From positions 55,056,001 to 55,120,000 of the forward strand of contig NC_043005.1 in assembly GCF_006345805.1 (NCBI RefSeq): a stretch of 64,000 bases of DNA, given 5' to 3'. Source of the DNA: Octopus sinensis. Taxonomy: Eukaryota. The notes beneath the pieces were generated by a model, which saw nothing but the letters and a program-made list of their open reading frames with translations, did not search any database and was not told where the DNA came from. Made by a program: the position numbers and the translations under genes. Within the stretch, counting starts at the first letter, position 1; every line of letters starts with the position of its first letter. Of this stretch, positions 1-13,090 are shown piece after piece.

Positions 1-197
1 GCCTATCAAAAAAAAAAAAGAAATATGTTCCCCAAGTATATTTATGTTCTGTAATCATTAGACCCTTTAATTGAGAATTGCAGTGAATATGATTCTCAAC
101 CGGTGAAATGACAGGAAAAAAAAAAGAGAAAATGTTATATGGCTCATTATCTATGCTTAGCAATAAATATATCTGTGCCATTTCAGTACAACAAAAG

Positions 198-199
198 AG

Positions 200-252
<53 letters not shown>
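198..252. repeat. (TC)n microsatellite
   Basis: Direct reading of a near-perfect TC dinucleotide run. Confidence 0.95.
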
Positions 253-2659
253 TTGTGAATAGGAAAACTTGACATTGCAGTATAGGTTTTACTAATGTAT
301 TATATAACAAACAATTCACAAATCAGATTCAATTTCCTATTGGTACTTATTCCCTCATGTTCTCGCTTAATACACGTTGGAAGGGCATCACCATTGGCAT
401 CACTGCGTTCTACCCACCATCTACCCAAATTTGAATCTTTGGACCATTGTGATAGTGTTGGTGGTGGTGGTGAGTTCTATCAAGGGTAATCTGGAACTAC
501 TAATGATTTCGTGATTAATTGGAATAAGAAAATTTGTTGTGAGCTGCAATGATAAACATTTATACATGTTTTGATGCTGAAGTTGTTTTAAAATATTACT
601 AAAGGCATATTAAATATCTATTTGCTTCAATAAATATCAATTTTTTTCTTCAATTTTCCAATCTATCTTCCAAGTTGCTAATCTATCCAAAGATGCTAAT
701 ATAATCATCTTGCAGCAATTAAGTTTCAAAATTTCATTGCATAAATACTAAACATAGTTTTATGTTATTACAAACACTATAATCTTTAGTAGGTTATTAG
801 TTATTGTTAACCAAAGATAGTGTCTTAGAGAGAGAGAGAGGGGGGGACCTCTAAGTAAGTCTCAAAAGTAGTTCTAGAGTGAACAATGGATTTAGAACAC
901 CACCTCTATTGTAGTTCTATAATCTTTTGTCATTCATGTATGGGAAGTAATGTTAAACTGATTTTTTTTTATTCTGGCATCCAGTGCTCACAATGCATTA
1001 TGCTTAGTAAATAACTTGTACCAAGATAGATTAAGTCAGCCGGCATAAGCATCTTGTCAAAGGACACATTTTGATGCTTCTCGTGTATTCCCTCAAGTAT
1101 TGTGGAAGTCTGTATCTTATCACTTTGGTCATGGTATTCACAAATATGAATACACACACAAACAACACACACAACACAGTGAAACACATACATAAACACA
1201 CACACACACACTCTCGTGCATACACATACACACACACACAACTTGACAGGTCTTCATAGATGATATGATGCACCTCCCTTTTGCAAATCGTGGGCAGGGT
1301 TGTTTCAGCACTCCATCACTATCATCTTTAAAGTTTTCTCTTTTCTACTATAAATTGCTTTTTCCTCTTCTTGCATTTTACCATTAGTTGATTTATATAT
1401 CTGGTCAGTTGCCAAAGATCAATGCTTGCTACTTTATTTCATGTGTCTATTTATCTATTACCTTCTCTTACTGCATCAGGGAAACTTGAAATACCTTCCC
1501 CATAAAGAATAAAGAAACCTCTACTTTATATATGGCTATCTTGCCTCAAAAAGCATTATGAACTTTGGGTCAACTTTGGTTTTAAATAAAAAGTAACTGA
1601 CTCCTCTCTGACCATCGACACGGTTTCCTTTCTAGTAACAGGTCAACTAGTAACCTATTCATAATATTTAATGAGTTACACTTTGTACTCTAAGCCAGAG
1701 GGAAATTTTACTTTTCTTTTATCTGAAGAAATAAACGAAATACCATGAAGCTTGTCCTCCTACTTTACTGTATCTATTCAAGATTAATATTTTATAGTAT
1801 ATGAAATACTTCCATTTAAATTAACTTCTCTCTTGTTTCTTCACAAAGAAAATTGTATTCGAAACCTTGGTTTATTGTTCTACTAATTTAAATTGGTTAA
1901 AATGTCGCGTTTTAATTAGTGAATATTTTCCCCTTCATTTTTATGCTAATTTATTTGACAGGTCTCTATAAAACTTTCTTTTGTTGTTAAGTCATGTGCC
2001 AAAATTTCAAATTAGATTTATTTATACAACAGTAAATTGTTAATTTAAAAAAAATTTTTTTATGATTTTCAATATATGCATTTCTGCATATGTAATAAAT
2101 TAATGGGCCATGTGACATAAAAAAAAACCAACATGAAGTATTTGGAAGGTCACATATGGTGTTCATTCTTACATTTCATGTTTGTTCTCCTATTTGTGTG
2201 CACATTTCATATTTTAACAAGCACAAATTTAACTGCTCATGAAATTCTTATAATCATTCATGAAAAAGAAAAACTAACAAGCAACTCATTCTAACATATG
2301 TATAAATTTATTCTAAACAAATATATCTGTATTAAATGTTCATTAACAGTTTAATGTGATAGGAAGGTAACAACGCCAAAAGTGCAGGTCTACAAATACA
2401 CTTATTAAATATACAGATAATTAAAGTGTGTGTGTGCGTGTGTGTGTGTGTGTGTATCTATGTATGTATGGTGGCATAAAAATGAAGAAATTGTATTTTC
2501 ATGTGAATAGTGAAAATTAGTTGTAGAATCTGTATCTTTCTATGAGTAGATAGAAACAGTCATTAGAAAAACTAATCAAACAATGATAGAGGAGAAAGTC
2601 TACTAGTCCTCAGGTGTGATCATAAAAAGAGAAGAGCCTGCAGTTATTCACTTATGTAG

Positions 2660-4160
2660 AAAGTTATTCAAACACTAGTGTGAATACGTTGGTGTCTAAT
2701 GATTAGCATCACCGTACTAATAAGAATTTCTATGAATGTATATTTTTGCGTACATTTATATACACATATTCAAAAGAGGAGACTGTTGCTGTGCTAAATG
2801 TGAGTTTGTAAAGTAATTGACCAAATGATGAAAGTGATAAAGTCACACCTGATATAAAGTTACTATGTTTAAATTTATATTATGACCAAGCAATACAATT
2901 ATTTCATTACAACAACAATAGAAGAGACAAGCACACTTCTTTCTATCACTCATTTTGTGATATTTGGTTTGGAATTGTGTTGCAAGTTTTATGGTATATA
3001 AGTTGGAAAGTTCTACTGTCATCAGAAAAACGGTATGTTCAAGAGCCACTTTACTTACAGGTCGCCTGCATTTTCACTTAGGTACAAAGTTATTCAAACA
3101 CTAGTGTGAATATGTTGGTGTCTAATGATTAGCATCACCGTACTAATAAGAATTTCTATAAATGTATATTTCGTGTACATTTATATACACATATTCAAAA
3201 GAAGAGACTGTTGCTGTGCTAATTGTGAGAATGTAAAGTAATTGACCAAATGATGAAAGTGATAAAGTCACACCTGATATAAAGTTACTATGTTTAAATT
3301 TATATTATGACCAAGCAATACAATTATTTCATTACAACAACAATAGAAGAGACAAGCACACTTCTTTCTATCACTCATTTTGTGATATTTGGTTTGGAAT
3401 TGTGTTGCAAGTTTTATGGTATATAAAGTTGGAAAGTTCTACTGTCATCAGAAAAACGGTATGTTCAAGAGCCACTTTACTTACAGGTCGCCTGCATTTT
3501 CACTTAGGTACAAAGTTATTCAAACACTAGTGTGAATATGTTGGTGTCTAATGATTAGCATCACCGTACTAATAAGAATTTCTATAAATGTATATTTCGT
3601 GTACATTTATATACACATATTCAAAAGAAGAGACTGTTGCTGTGCTAATTGTGAGAATGTAAAGTAATTGACCAAATGATGAAAGTGATAAAGTCACACC
3701 TGATATAAAGTTACTATGTTTAACCCTTTTGATACCAACCCGGCCAAAACCGCCTCTGGCTCTGTAGAACAAATGTTTTGTTTTCATAAGTATTGAATTA
3801 AAATCTTCCACCAAACCTTAGCCACAATTTATGTTCCCAACACTAGCTTAATGATAACTAAGTTCTTTTATTAAATTCTTTGTTGTATTTAAAATTAATT
3901 GAATGAAACACAGAGAATCTCAAAATAAATACAGTAACAAAAGGGTTAAATTTATATTATGACCAAGCAATACAATTATTTCATTACAACAACAAACCAA
4001 GAGACAAGCACACTTCTTTCTATCACTCATTTTGTGATATTTGGTTTGGAATTGTGTTGCAAGTTTGATGGTATATAAAGTTGGATTGTTCTACCATCAT
4101 CAGAAAAACGGTATGTTTAAGAGCCACTTTACTTACTGCTCGCCTGCATTTTTACTAAGT
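2660..4160. repeat. Three-copy tandem array, 426-bp period; third copy interrupted by a MITE
   Basis: The motif aaagttattcaaacactagtgtg starts at 2660, 3086 and 3512. Copies align along their length, and copy 3 resumes after the MITE at 3946. Confidence 0.95.
3724..3945 (+). mobile_element. piggyBac-type MITE, family 1 (~220 bp)
   Basis: TTAA at 3720-3723 and 3946-3949; termini ccctttt...aaaaggg. Sister repeat copies carry the empty site atgtTTAAatttat. Confidence 0.92.
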
Positions 4161-4494
4161 ACTTCTAGACAGGGTGTTTCATTTGGTGAAAGCACTACTA
4201 AGTTAACATCACTGCAGGGTTATTGAAATGAAGACATGAGATCATGCCTTAATATTCAGGCATGATTGAAAATTTACACCAACCTCTCTATACTACCTTA
4301 TAGTTTGTTTTATGGTGAGGACCACCTTGGTAAACAATATCTAACTAGAGAAAATAACCTGCATTTGAAGATTTGTACAATTAGGCACTGACATTGAAAT
4401 TACATAAAGTTTTCAGGAAAATTTTTGATGGCTTTTGTGCTGAATGGAATCTCTAGTGGTATGGGCATGTAATTAAAACATATTAGTTTCAAAT

Positions 4495-4698
4495 TTTGGC
4501 ACAAAGCCAGCAATTTTAGGGGGAGAGGCTAAGCTGTTACATTGACCCCAGTGTTTGACCAGTACTCATTTTGTTGACCCTGAAAGGATGAAAGGTAAAG
4601 TCGACCTTGGCGGAATTTGAACTCAGAATGTAAGGATGGATGAAATACTGCTAAGCATTTTGCCCGGCATGCTAACAACTCTGCCAGCTCACCACCTT
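4495..4698 (-). mobile_element. tRNA-derived SINE, family A (ggtgagctggcaga head)
   Basis: Reverse complement matches the copies at 8.3 kb and 20.5 kb. It has A-box-like TGGCAGA, B-box-like GAGTTCAAATTCC and the shared ctttcatcctttc core. Confidence 0.85.
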
Positions 4699-6399
4699 TA
4701 GCTAAAACATTAAAAAATTAAAAGTCATTAATTGCTTGTATGGCTGTTATGGTCAAAGGCACAGGATAAATCAGGTGAATGGGAAAACTTTGTGTGACAT
4801 GAAATTTCTTTATATATTGACCAGATGTCACCATCACCATCCAATGCTTCCAAATCATCCTACTCCCCTAATTGCAACTGTAGATCTTGGTCTTGTGTGA
4901 AGAGCAACTTTGCTAATTTTGGAGCAGTCATTGTATTTGGCCGATGATTTGTCTATTGTGATATTTCCATGTTTAGTAATACATTTCTTTCTTTCTTTCA
5001 TCATGCTTAGTTTTAGTTATAATAATAATAATAATAGCATAGTTACTTATTATCTATGATGCATGCTTTCATGTGCAATACCACACACACAATGATGATG
5101 ACTCTTGTGAAGTCGCCCCACCCTCCACTTTATTTATTAATTTATTTGCATTTATGTCATTCTTCAATTGTAAAGAAGACTTTTAATTTCATTAACGTTA
5201 CAGAACAAATCATGACTTCAGAGATAACTCCAAAAAAGGTGACCCCCACTTTTCACCTAGTCGATAATAAATTAAACATTCTAATATTAAGTACATGGTA
5301 TTTATGCACCCTTCCCATAATATCTTGATACTTGTTCTCTGACGCTGATGATTAGACTTCATTCCAAAGTCCAGTTCCATATGTACACCTATTGCTACCA
5401 TCATGATTAAATCATGGTCATTTTCTCTAATGATCCTTTTGCTCCTTAACTTGAGCATTTCTCAAAGGGATGTTACCTTTCTAACCTGTTTTTGTCTTAT
5501 AAATCTCAATATTGAATTGATTGCACTCTTTTCCACATACACACCATTTATCTCTTTATTTCTTATCTTCTTTTCATTAAACCTTTACACACTTCTGTAC
5601 TGTGTAACTGTCATAAATACATGAAAACATTTGACAGGACATAACAAAAGGCCCATATTATTCAACCCCAGGAACCTATACATGAACAGCTATACAGCAT
5701 CATAAACCTTATGCGTGTGAAATACAACTGTTCATAAGGATCACCTTTGGAAACTCCAGACTCACAACATATTCTAAAAGCTGCACTGAGAGGATTGGGT
5801 TTCCCTTACTGAGCCAAAATGCATTTTAATTCTGGCAAATCTATCCATAATCAATGCCTATAAATGTGAGATTATACAGCCAGCAAGTCACTTGATAACT
5901 TTTTCCTGGCTCTAATGCAATGTTATCTATCTCCTTGGTAAACTGGCTCCAGCCCCTGCCTTGCTGTTAAGCAAAGTTCCTGTTTCCTATTCAACAAATT
6001 ACTACTGTAACTTTCTCTTCACTTTAATGTACTCATTACAGCCATCGTTGGAACTCTCTCATTACCCAATCTCTTAAATTTTACTGTAAACCCCTACCGT
6101 TCCATTAGATATTAAACCTGCCACAAACCAAATAACATAAGCAATAATTCTTCAAATTTCACAGTTATTGTCCCAGGCTAACCCCTCAGAACTAAAGTGC
6201 CTCATGCCTCTTACAGTAAGTTAATCAGAAATAAGTGAAAAGCAGACAATTTTGCAAACGAATCCGTCCCTTAATGAATAACAAAATGCTTGTCTAATAT
6301 TTAGTATAACTCAGAAGATTGTGAAATATATTAACAGAAGATATGTCGGCTATGTGATTAGTTATTCTGATGTGTATACTTTTTTACTTATAGATTTAA

Positions 6400-6620
6400 C
6401 CCTTTTGTTACCAGCCCGGCTGAAACCGGCTCTGGGTCTGTAGTACAAACGTCATGTTTTCATAAGTTTTGAATTAAAATCTTCCACCAAACCTTAGTCA
6501 TAATTTATGTTCCTAACACTGGCTTAATGATAATCAAGTTATTTTACTAAATTCCTTGTTATATTTAAAGTAATTGAAAGAAACACAGAGCATCTCAAAA
6601 TAAATACAGTAATGAAAGGG
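6400..6620 (+). mobile_element. piggyBac-type MITE, family 1
   Basis: TTAA at 6396-6399 and 6621-6624; cccttttgttac...gtaatgaaaggg termini; internal similarity to 3724-3945. Confidence 0.92.
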
Positions 6621-6661
6621 TTAAGTTCTTATTTGTAGTGTTCAAAACATTAGGTTATTGT

Positions 6662-6681
6662 TTCTTTCTCTCTCTCTCTCT

Positions 6682-6725
<44 letters not shown>

Positions 6726-6805
6726 ACATGTATGTGTATGTATTATGATGCATGTGTGTGTATGTGTATATTTGTGTGTGTATGTGTGTATGCATATCTG
6801 TATAT
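6662..6805. repeat. Compound (TC)n/(TA)n/(TGTA)n microsatellite
   Basis: Direct reading. Confidence 0.9.
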
Positions 6806-7680
6806 GTGCGAATTTATTTCAAGAAATATTTCCATGAAGGAAAAACAAATTTAATGGAAAATAGTTGTAAAATAGCTCTTTATTGTCTTCGATTTGAGTA
6901 TATGACTCTATTCTGTCTGAATATGCAATATATTTAAAGAACACAACATTTTCAGCAATTTGAATTGGGAGTTTAGTATAGGAAATTAATTTGAGTTTTA
7001 ATTATTACTGCTATTATTATTATTATTATTATTATAACTAAAACTAAGCATGATGAAAGAAAGAAAAAAATGCAGTACTAAAACCAATGCATTTAATGCT
7101 TTTATATAATTTTAATGTTTGTTTTTTTTTTTCTTTGTCTACCTTTAATATTTTAGGCAATAAATTAATTTGAATACTAAAAATGACAATGGAAAAAAAT
7201 ATTTACATTTATTGTGATCAGTAGCAAAATAGAATCTTTGAAAACTTATACAAAATCCAAATATCTTTATATAAATCTCAGAGAATCTGAAACTTGTCAA
7301 GTTGATTGAAAAAGAATAGTTTTGAAAGTGATACAGAAGTGTATGCTGCTGCAGAAATTCTCATGTTCACAAGCTATGAAAACGTAAATGTGAATAAGGA
7401 TGCTTGTAGATATGAATTGATGAAATATTGTGAAAAGTTTTCTTAACTACTTTGTGACCATATCTATAAAGTGTGCATTTAAGTTGATTTTGAAATTAAT
7501 CAAAAATTTGGAAGGATTTTGTAAAATAAGTTTTATCATTGTTAAACTGGCATTTGAAACCTAAACTTAGGCCCTTAAATAAAATCATGATGAGATATTT
7601 TAATTCACATATGATTACTTCATTTAGCTAATGGTTTTGTCTTATAAACTAAATTAGATTTGGGTTACTATCAGCATTAA

Positions 7681-7894
7681 CCCTTTCGTTACCAACCCAG
7701 CTGAAACTGGTTCTGAATACAAGTGTCTTATTTTCATAAGTTTTCAATTAAAATCTTCCACCAAAACTTAGTCCCAATTTATGTTCCTAACGTTAGCTTA
7801 ATGATAACTAAGTTATTTTACTAAATTCTTTCTCATATTTAAAGTAACTGAAAGAAACACAGAACATCTCAAAATAAATACAGTAACGAAAGGG
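7681..7894 (+). mobile_element. piggyBac-type MITE, family 1
   Basis: Perfect 12-bp TIR ccctttcgttac/gtaacgaaaggg; TTAA at 7677-7680 and 7895-7898. Confidence 0.93.
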
Positions 7895-8084
7895 TTAATA
7901 TGGGTGTTAAAATACTGTATTGTATTCATTACATATAGCACAACCTTGGGAAAAACCCGAAACTTAAAAACTTTCACTACCTGCTGAAAAATTTACTTCA
8001 AAGGGGGTCCATTCAAAAATACTAAAAAAAAAGGTTGTGACTACCAGTTTATTGAATTGCCAAGCTTCATAAATATATATGATA

Positions 8085-9445
8085 AAGAATTAGCAGTTGT
8101 TAAAGTACTGAATATAATACTTTGTGTTATTTATGCTGGTTCTTTATGTTCTGAGTTCAACTTTGCCGTTCATCTTTTTAGCTGGTGGGGTGGAAGTGGA
8201 GTCGATAAAAAAAAAAAAATACCAGTTGCGTGCTGGAGTCAATGTAATCGAAATTACCCACTCCCTCTAAAATTGCTGGCCTTATGCCATAATTTGAATC
8301 CAATATTATTATCATTATGGCAGCGAGCTGGCAGAATCATTAGCACACTGGGTGAAATGCTTAGTGGCATTTCGTCCGTCCTTACAGCCTGATTTCAAAT
8401 TTCACTGAGGTCAACTTTGCTTTTCATCCTTTCAGGGTCGATGAAATAAGTATCAATTACATACTGGGGTTGATGAAATAAGTACCAGTTACGTATTGGG
8501 GTCGATGTAATCAACTAGCCCCCTTCCCCACAATTTCAGGTTTAGCGCCTATAGTAGAAAGGATAATTATTATTATTATTATCATTATTATTATTATTGT
8601 TATTATTATTATTATTATTATTAAGGTGGCAAGCTGGCAGAATCATTAACGGGCCGGGCAAAATGCTTAATCGCATTTCGTCCGTCTCTATGATCTGAGT
8701 TCAAATTCTGCTGAGGTTGACTTTGCCTTTCATCTTTTTGGGGTTGATAAACTAAGTACCAGAGAAACAGTGGGATTGATGTAATTAACAAGTCCCCTCC
8801 TGCAAAATTTCAGGCATTGTGCCTTTAGTAGAAAGGATTATTATTATTATTGCAGAGACAAAGCTCAGGTTTGTTCTTATTCCTGGGAGAATCTATGTGG
8901 GTAAAGAGTTACTACTTGTAACCTCAGATACTCAGAAGCTTTCTATATGTAAGGTTATCATTATTATTCTTATTAAGAATTGTAGATTGGCATCTTTTGA
9001 GTACTGAAGACTATGCCTTGTGGTTTTTAGAGTGTTGGGGAAAATACCCTACAGTATTTGTTCTGTTTTTCTTTTACATTCTACATTCAATTCCCTCCGA
9101 GGGCAACTTTGTCTTTCATCCTTTCGGGGGTTTGAAGTACTGGGGTCAGTGATATTGGGTACTCTCCCTCCCCTTATGCCTAAAGTAGAAAGCGTTATTG
9201 CTATTATTATTAAAGTGGAAGATTGGCTGAATCGTTAGAGTGTCAGACAAAATGCTTTGTGATATTTGTACTGGTTCATTACATTTCTGAGTTCGAGTTC
9301 TGTCAAGGCAAGCTTTGCTTTTCATCCTCCTGGAGCTGATATTATAAATTACATGTTAATTACTGTGGTTGATTTAATCAACTAACCCCCCTCTTCGAAA
9401 TTTCAGACCTTGTGCCTATACAAGAATTTGTTATTAAACAATTAT
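8085..9445 (+). mobile_element. Head-to-tail array of ~5 family A SINE copies
   Basis: Repeated ctggcagaatc...gagttcaaattc...ctttgcctttcatcc...aagtaccag units, each ending in an (ATT)n tail. Confidence 0.88.
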
Positions 9446-9497
9446 TCTAAAAAAAAATAAAATGTTAGAGACAATTTTATCATTATTATCATTATTA

Positions 9498-9528
<31 letters not shown>

Positions 9529-11445
9529 CTTGTTTATTAAATGGTTTCAGTTTGAAATATCTGTTTGCTATCTCTTCAAATATGGGAGAATATTTTCAGA
9601 ACAACTTGCTGTAGTTTGAAATGCGACTGTTGCTGAAATATGGGTGTCTGTTATTTAAGGTGGAGCTAAAAGTACCACAGAATCATCCTACTGAGTTGGG
9701 TATACCAGGAAGAAGACGAGGAGATTGATTTGTATTCGAAGCTTGCTGGGAGATTATAGGTGTACTCCATTTACATGGGTGGGAATCATTACAATTCGTC
9801 CCCCTTATTGCAGATTTATGCTGATTTATTACTACTACTTTAATGCATTATTCTTAACATGATTTATACTGTGAGGAGAAATCAGTGTCATGTAATACTA
9901 AATTTTTACTACTTATTAACTGCTTATTATTTCAGTGGATTAGCAATATATTTGAAATTTTGTCACCTGCTTATATCATTACTAGCAGTTGTGATATAAT
10001 TGAGTATTTAATGTTTAATGTAGCATTTATTGAAGACAAGATAGATTGAAATATTCTGTATCGATGACTTCAATTCATGTAACACACACACATATATGTG
10101 CGTGTGTGTGTATATAAATATATAACCTATTACAGTATTTGTAATTGGGTATTTATGGCAAATAGTTGTGGTAGGGGTAGAGAAGCTAACTAGATACTTT
10201 AATCGTATTAAATTATCGCTTTTGGAAGCAGAAATTTTGTCGCCATCACCTTGGACCAAGTTAATTAACTGTGTCCAGAAAAAAATATATATATATATAT
10301 ATATATATATACCCCTCAATATTTATTGCTTAAAACGAAGAAAGAATTCTTAGTTAATTGGAAAACTGCTAGAATATCTAATAACGTTACAGTTCCTCAA
10401 AGTTCTTTGTAGCGTTTTATCCAAGTACAACTCCGTTTCTCATTATCATACCCGCTCATTCAGCTTACATGATATCACACCATGCTGGTTTCTTTTGTTC
10501 ATTCACTTCACCTTGTAATATGAAAGAAACTTTCTTTTCACACACAAGTAAAAAAAAAAAATTATAAAGCCAATTGAGAGTTATTTCCCCTACTTAAATG
10601 ATTGAAAAAAAATTATTATATCTACATATATTTTGAATATATGTTGAACATAACACCTTAGTGTAAAGTGAATTGTGGATGCCCTTTGATAGTTAACTAA
10701 AACTCCATCTAGTTAAATGCATAGACTTTTACTGGTTATGTATTAAATGCATTGACTTTACAGGTTTTGTAGTAAACATTTTTTTCTTTTCATGTATTTT
10801 TAAGAGGTGATATGCTGAATGTTATGTGCAAATGATTCTTAATTGTAATTTCCCTGTTAATTGCAGAGAAGGTATGGGGTCAGGGTGGGTGAGGGCAGAG
10901 CAGCATTTGTTAGGGACTCTCAAAGAAAAGTTGTTTTTTTCTTTTTGTCGTTGAACATGTATATAATTCAGGTTTTATTGAATAATTTCCATTCAGTAGT
11001 TATCTTCAATGATAGATTATATCCTATAAGAATAATGGTCTAGCAGTTCCATGACGGTTCTATGCTGTGTCAGCGTTCAACTTTGCTCTATAGAATGAAG
11101 ACTTACATTTGTATCAGAAATTTAATGAAAATCATATTTAAGCAGTCATCATCAATTATGGTCACTTGTCTGTAGTTCATATGTGGAAGTCAGAATATTA
11201 ATTGTCATTATGCACATGCAGATATATCTATACAATAGATATATTTTGCAAGTTGCTCCATAGTTTTTTTTTGTTGTTTTTTTTTTTACAAGTGCACCTG
11301 AGCTCTGTATACAATAAGCTCATTATTACAAGTATGTAGTCAGTGAGATTTGGAAAATATGAAACAAAAGCTCAGATGAAACTATATCTTTAATAAAAAA
11401 TTTTTTAGTAAAATATGTTAATTATCAATACTTCCTGACATTAGT

Positions 11446-11502
11446 TATTGATGAAATGCTATATCAATGACATTAGGTCATTGATATAGCATTTAATCAA
11501 TA
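11446..11502. repeat. Near-perfect palindrome (26-bp arms, 5-nt spacer)
   Basis: aaatgctatatcaatgac-attag-gtcattgatatagcattt is a perfect 18-bp stem; it extends to 26 bp with one mismatch. Confidence 0.92.
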
Positions 11503-12969
11503 TATACATTGAAGCTGTTTTCAATTTCACTGCCACCCCATGCATTATTATAACCACTGTCTGCTGATATATTTTATTCCTACTTCTGGACTCTTAAAAA
11601 GAAGATACTAATACTTAGCGAGTGTGCTACTAAGTAAATTAAACATTCTAACCTTGTATATCTTCTTTGAGGAATTCATACCCACACACTAATTATGTCT
11701 TAGTTTGAGGAAATCTCTCAGTTTTTTTTTTACAGTGGAATTTTCTTCTTGTTTTTAGCCTATGTCTCAAGTCTGTTATTTGTAAATTTGATAATCTTGT
11801 CACATCTCAAAGCCTTGTTAGTGTTGAGGAGCTGTGTACTTTATTATACTTCCTTCTTAAAGAACATTACCCCCAAAAATCAGACCTGGCCCCACAAATC
11901 CAGCCGGCATTGCTCATTTCTTCAGTTTTACCATCTCCTTTCTAAATAAATCTCAAAGACATATGTAGCATAGTGTAATGCGACAATTCATAGTAGTTGA
12001 TATTACTTTATGCATATGTAGTGCAATAGAATTTGCAGATTTACCAGTTTGATAGTATTTCCAATTCTACTTAGTTTAAATTCATAAAGTCATTATTACT
12101 TTTTAGGATATAAAACTTGGATTTTAGAAAGTAGGGTCAAGGTTTCGAGCCTAAGCATAACTTTATAAACTGAAAGGAACTTCACCTATTTTTTTCCCCC
12201 TTAAAATCAATAAAACGTTTGGTTTGGTTTGGTAACATTAGTAGTTTATGTGATTGCTGTGGCTGGCAGTTGTGTACCAAATTATACACTCAGAAAACTA
12301 AAAAAGGGGTACGGTACTAGATATTGAAATGAAGGTGAATCTAGTTAAAGGAGGTGTGTGCATCTTAGTTTGTTAGATATGGAAAATACCTTAGATAAAG
12401 TTGTTGTTTTTTTTAAAATTCAGCCAATATTCTCAACCAGCTTAAATCAAAATTCTTTTATTTTTTTGGTTTTTATTCTTTTGAAATAGGGACTGGTTAT
12501 ACTGGAACCCCAGTTTCAAGGGTTTTAGTTGACTGTGTCTAATGCTTTGTTTTTTTATACAAGTTAACTAAAACAGTATCCGGGAAAAATTCTCACATGC
12601 AAGTACACAGACACACACACACACAAAACTGTGTTATACCTAGAAATGTTACTTTCTGTTTTTGAAAATTTAAATCTGCATGAGAATAGTAGCAGCAGTA
12701 TGCTTAATGCAGACCATTGTATTCACTTATAATCTATATTTTCTGTCTGCTGTTATTCAAGTCGATTGCTGATCTGCAATCAATGCTATCATCATGACTG
12801 CACATTTACTGCATAGACAAGAGCAGTGGCACGGCATACATTCTCTACCGACAGACAACAAAAATATATTCCATTAAACTACACAGTATCTTACACAATG
12901 AAATAGGAAAAAATGAGGGAAAAGAATTTAAACTTCGATATTTTTCTTCTTTTATTTTCTTGTTCTTAC

Positions 12970-13090
12970 CTGTGTTCTCTTAGTGAAACCTATGCAATAT
13001 TGACTGTGAACATAGGAATTCATCGTATTTCTTCCAGTATGTTATCTTACATAGATTGCGGAGCATCGAAACATATAAATATAAAATCCA
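12970..13090 (-). other. Putative 121-nt exon of a minus-strand transcript (copy 1)
   Basis: On the minus strand: T-rich tract-ttctcaag| acceptor and acacag|gtaaga donor. All frames from the acceptor contain a stop; an internal ATG gives MNSYVHSQYCIGFTKRTQ up to the donor. Confidence 0.5.

Larger units (their letters stand above)
4972..7082. repeat. Pair of ~70-bp inverted repeats (4972-5039 and 7009-7082) enclosing ~2 kb
   Basis: ctttctttcatcatgcttagttttagttat(aat)n at left is the reverse complement of (att)n-ataactaaaactaagcatgatgaaagaaag at right. Confidence 0.85.

Noticed and set aside
295-500. Protein-like frames on both strands (e.g. minus PPPPTLSQWSKDSNLGRWWVERSDANG) and a plus-strand gtg|gtgagt donor
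   Set aside because: No consistent acceptor-donor pair on one strand and no recognisable homology.
969-1160. Minus-strand frame EYHDQSDKIQTSTILEGIHEKHQNV
   Set aside because: Start lies in a microsatellite, no convincing splice signals, no recognisable family.
5640-6300. Decayed coding-like sequence
   Set aside because: Frequent stops and no motif I could assign; possibly an old transposon, needs BLASTX.
9600-9800. GC-richer island with short ORFs on both strands
   Set aside because: Stops interrupt all frames and flanking splice sites are unconvincing.
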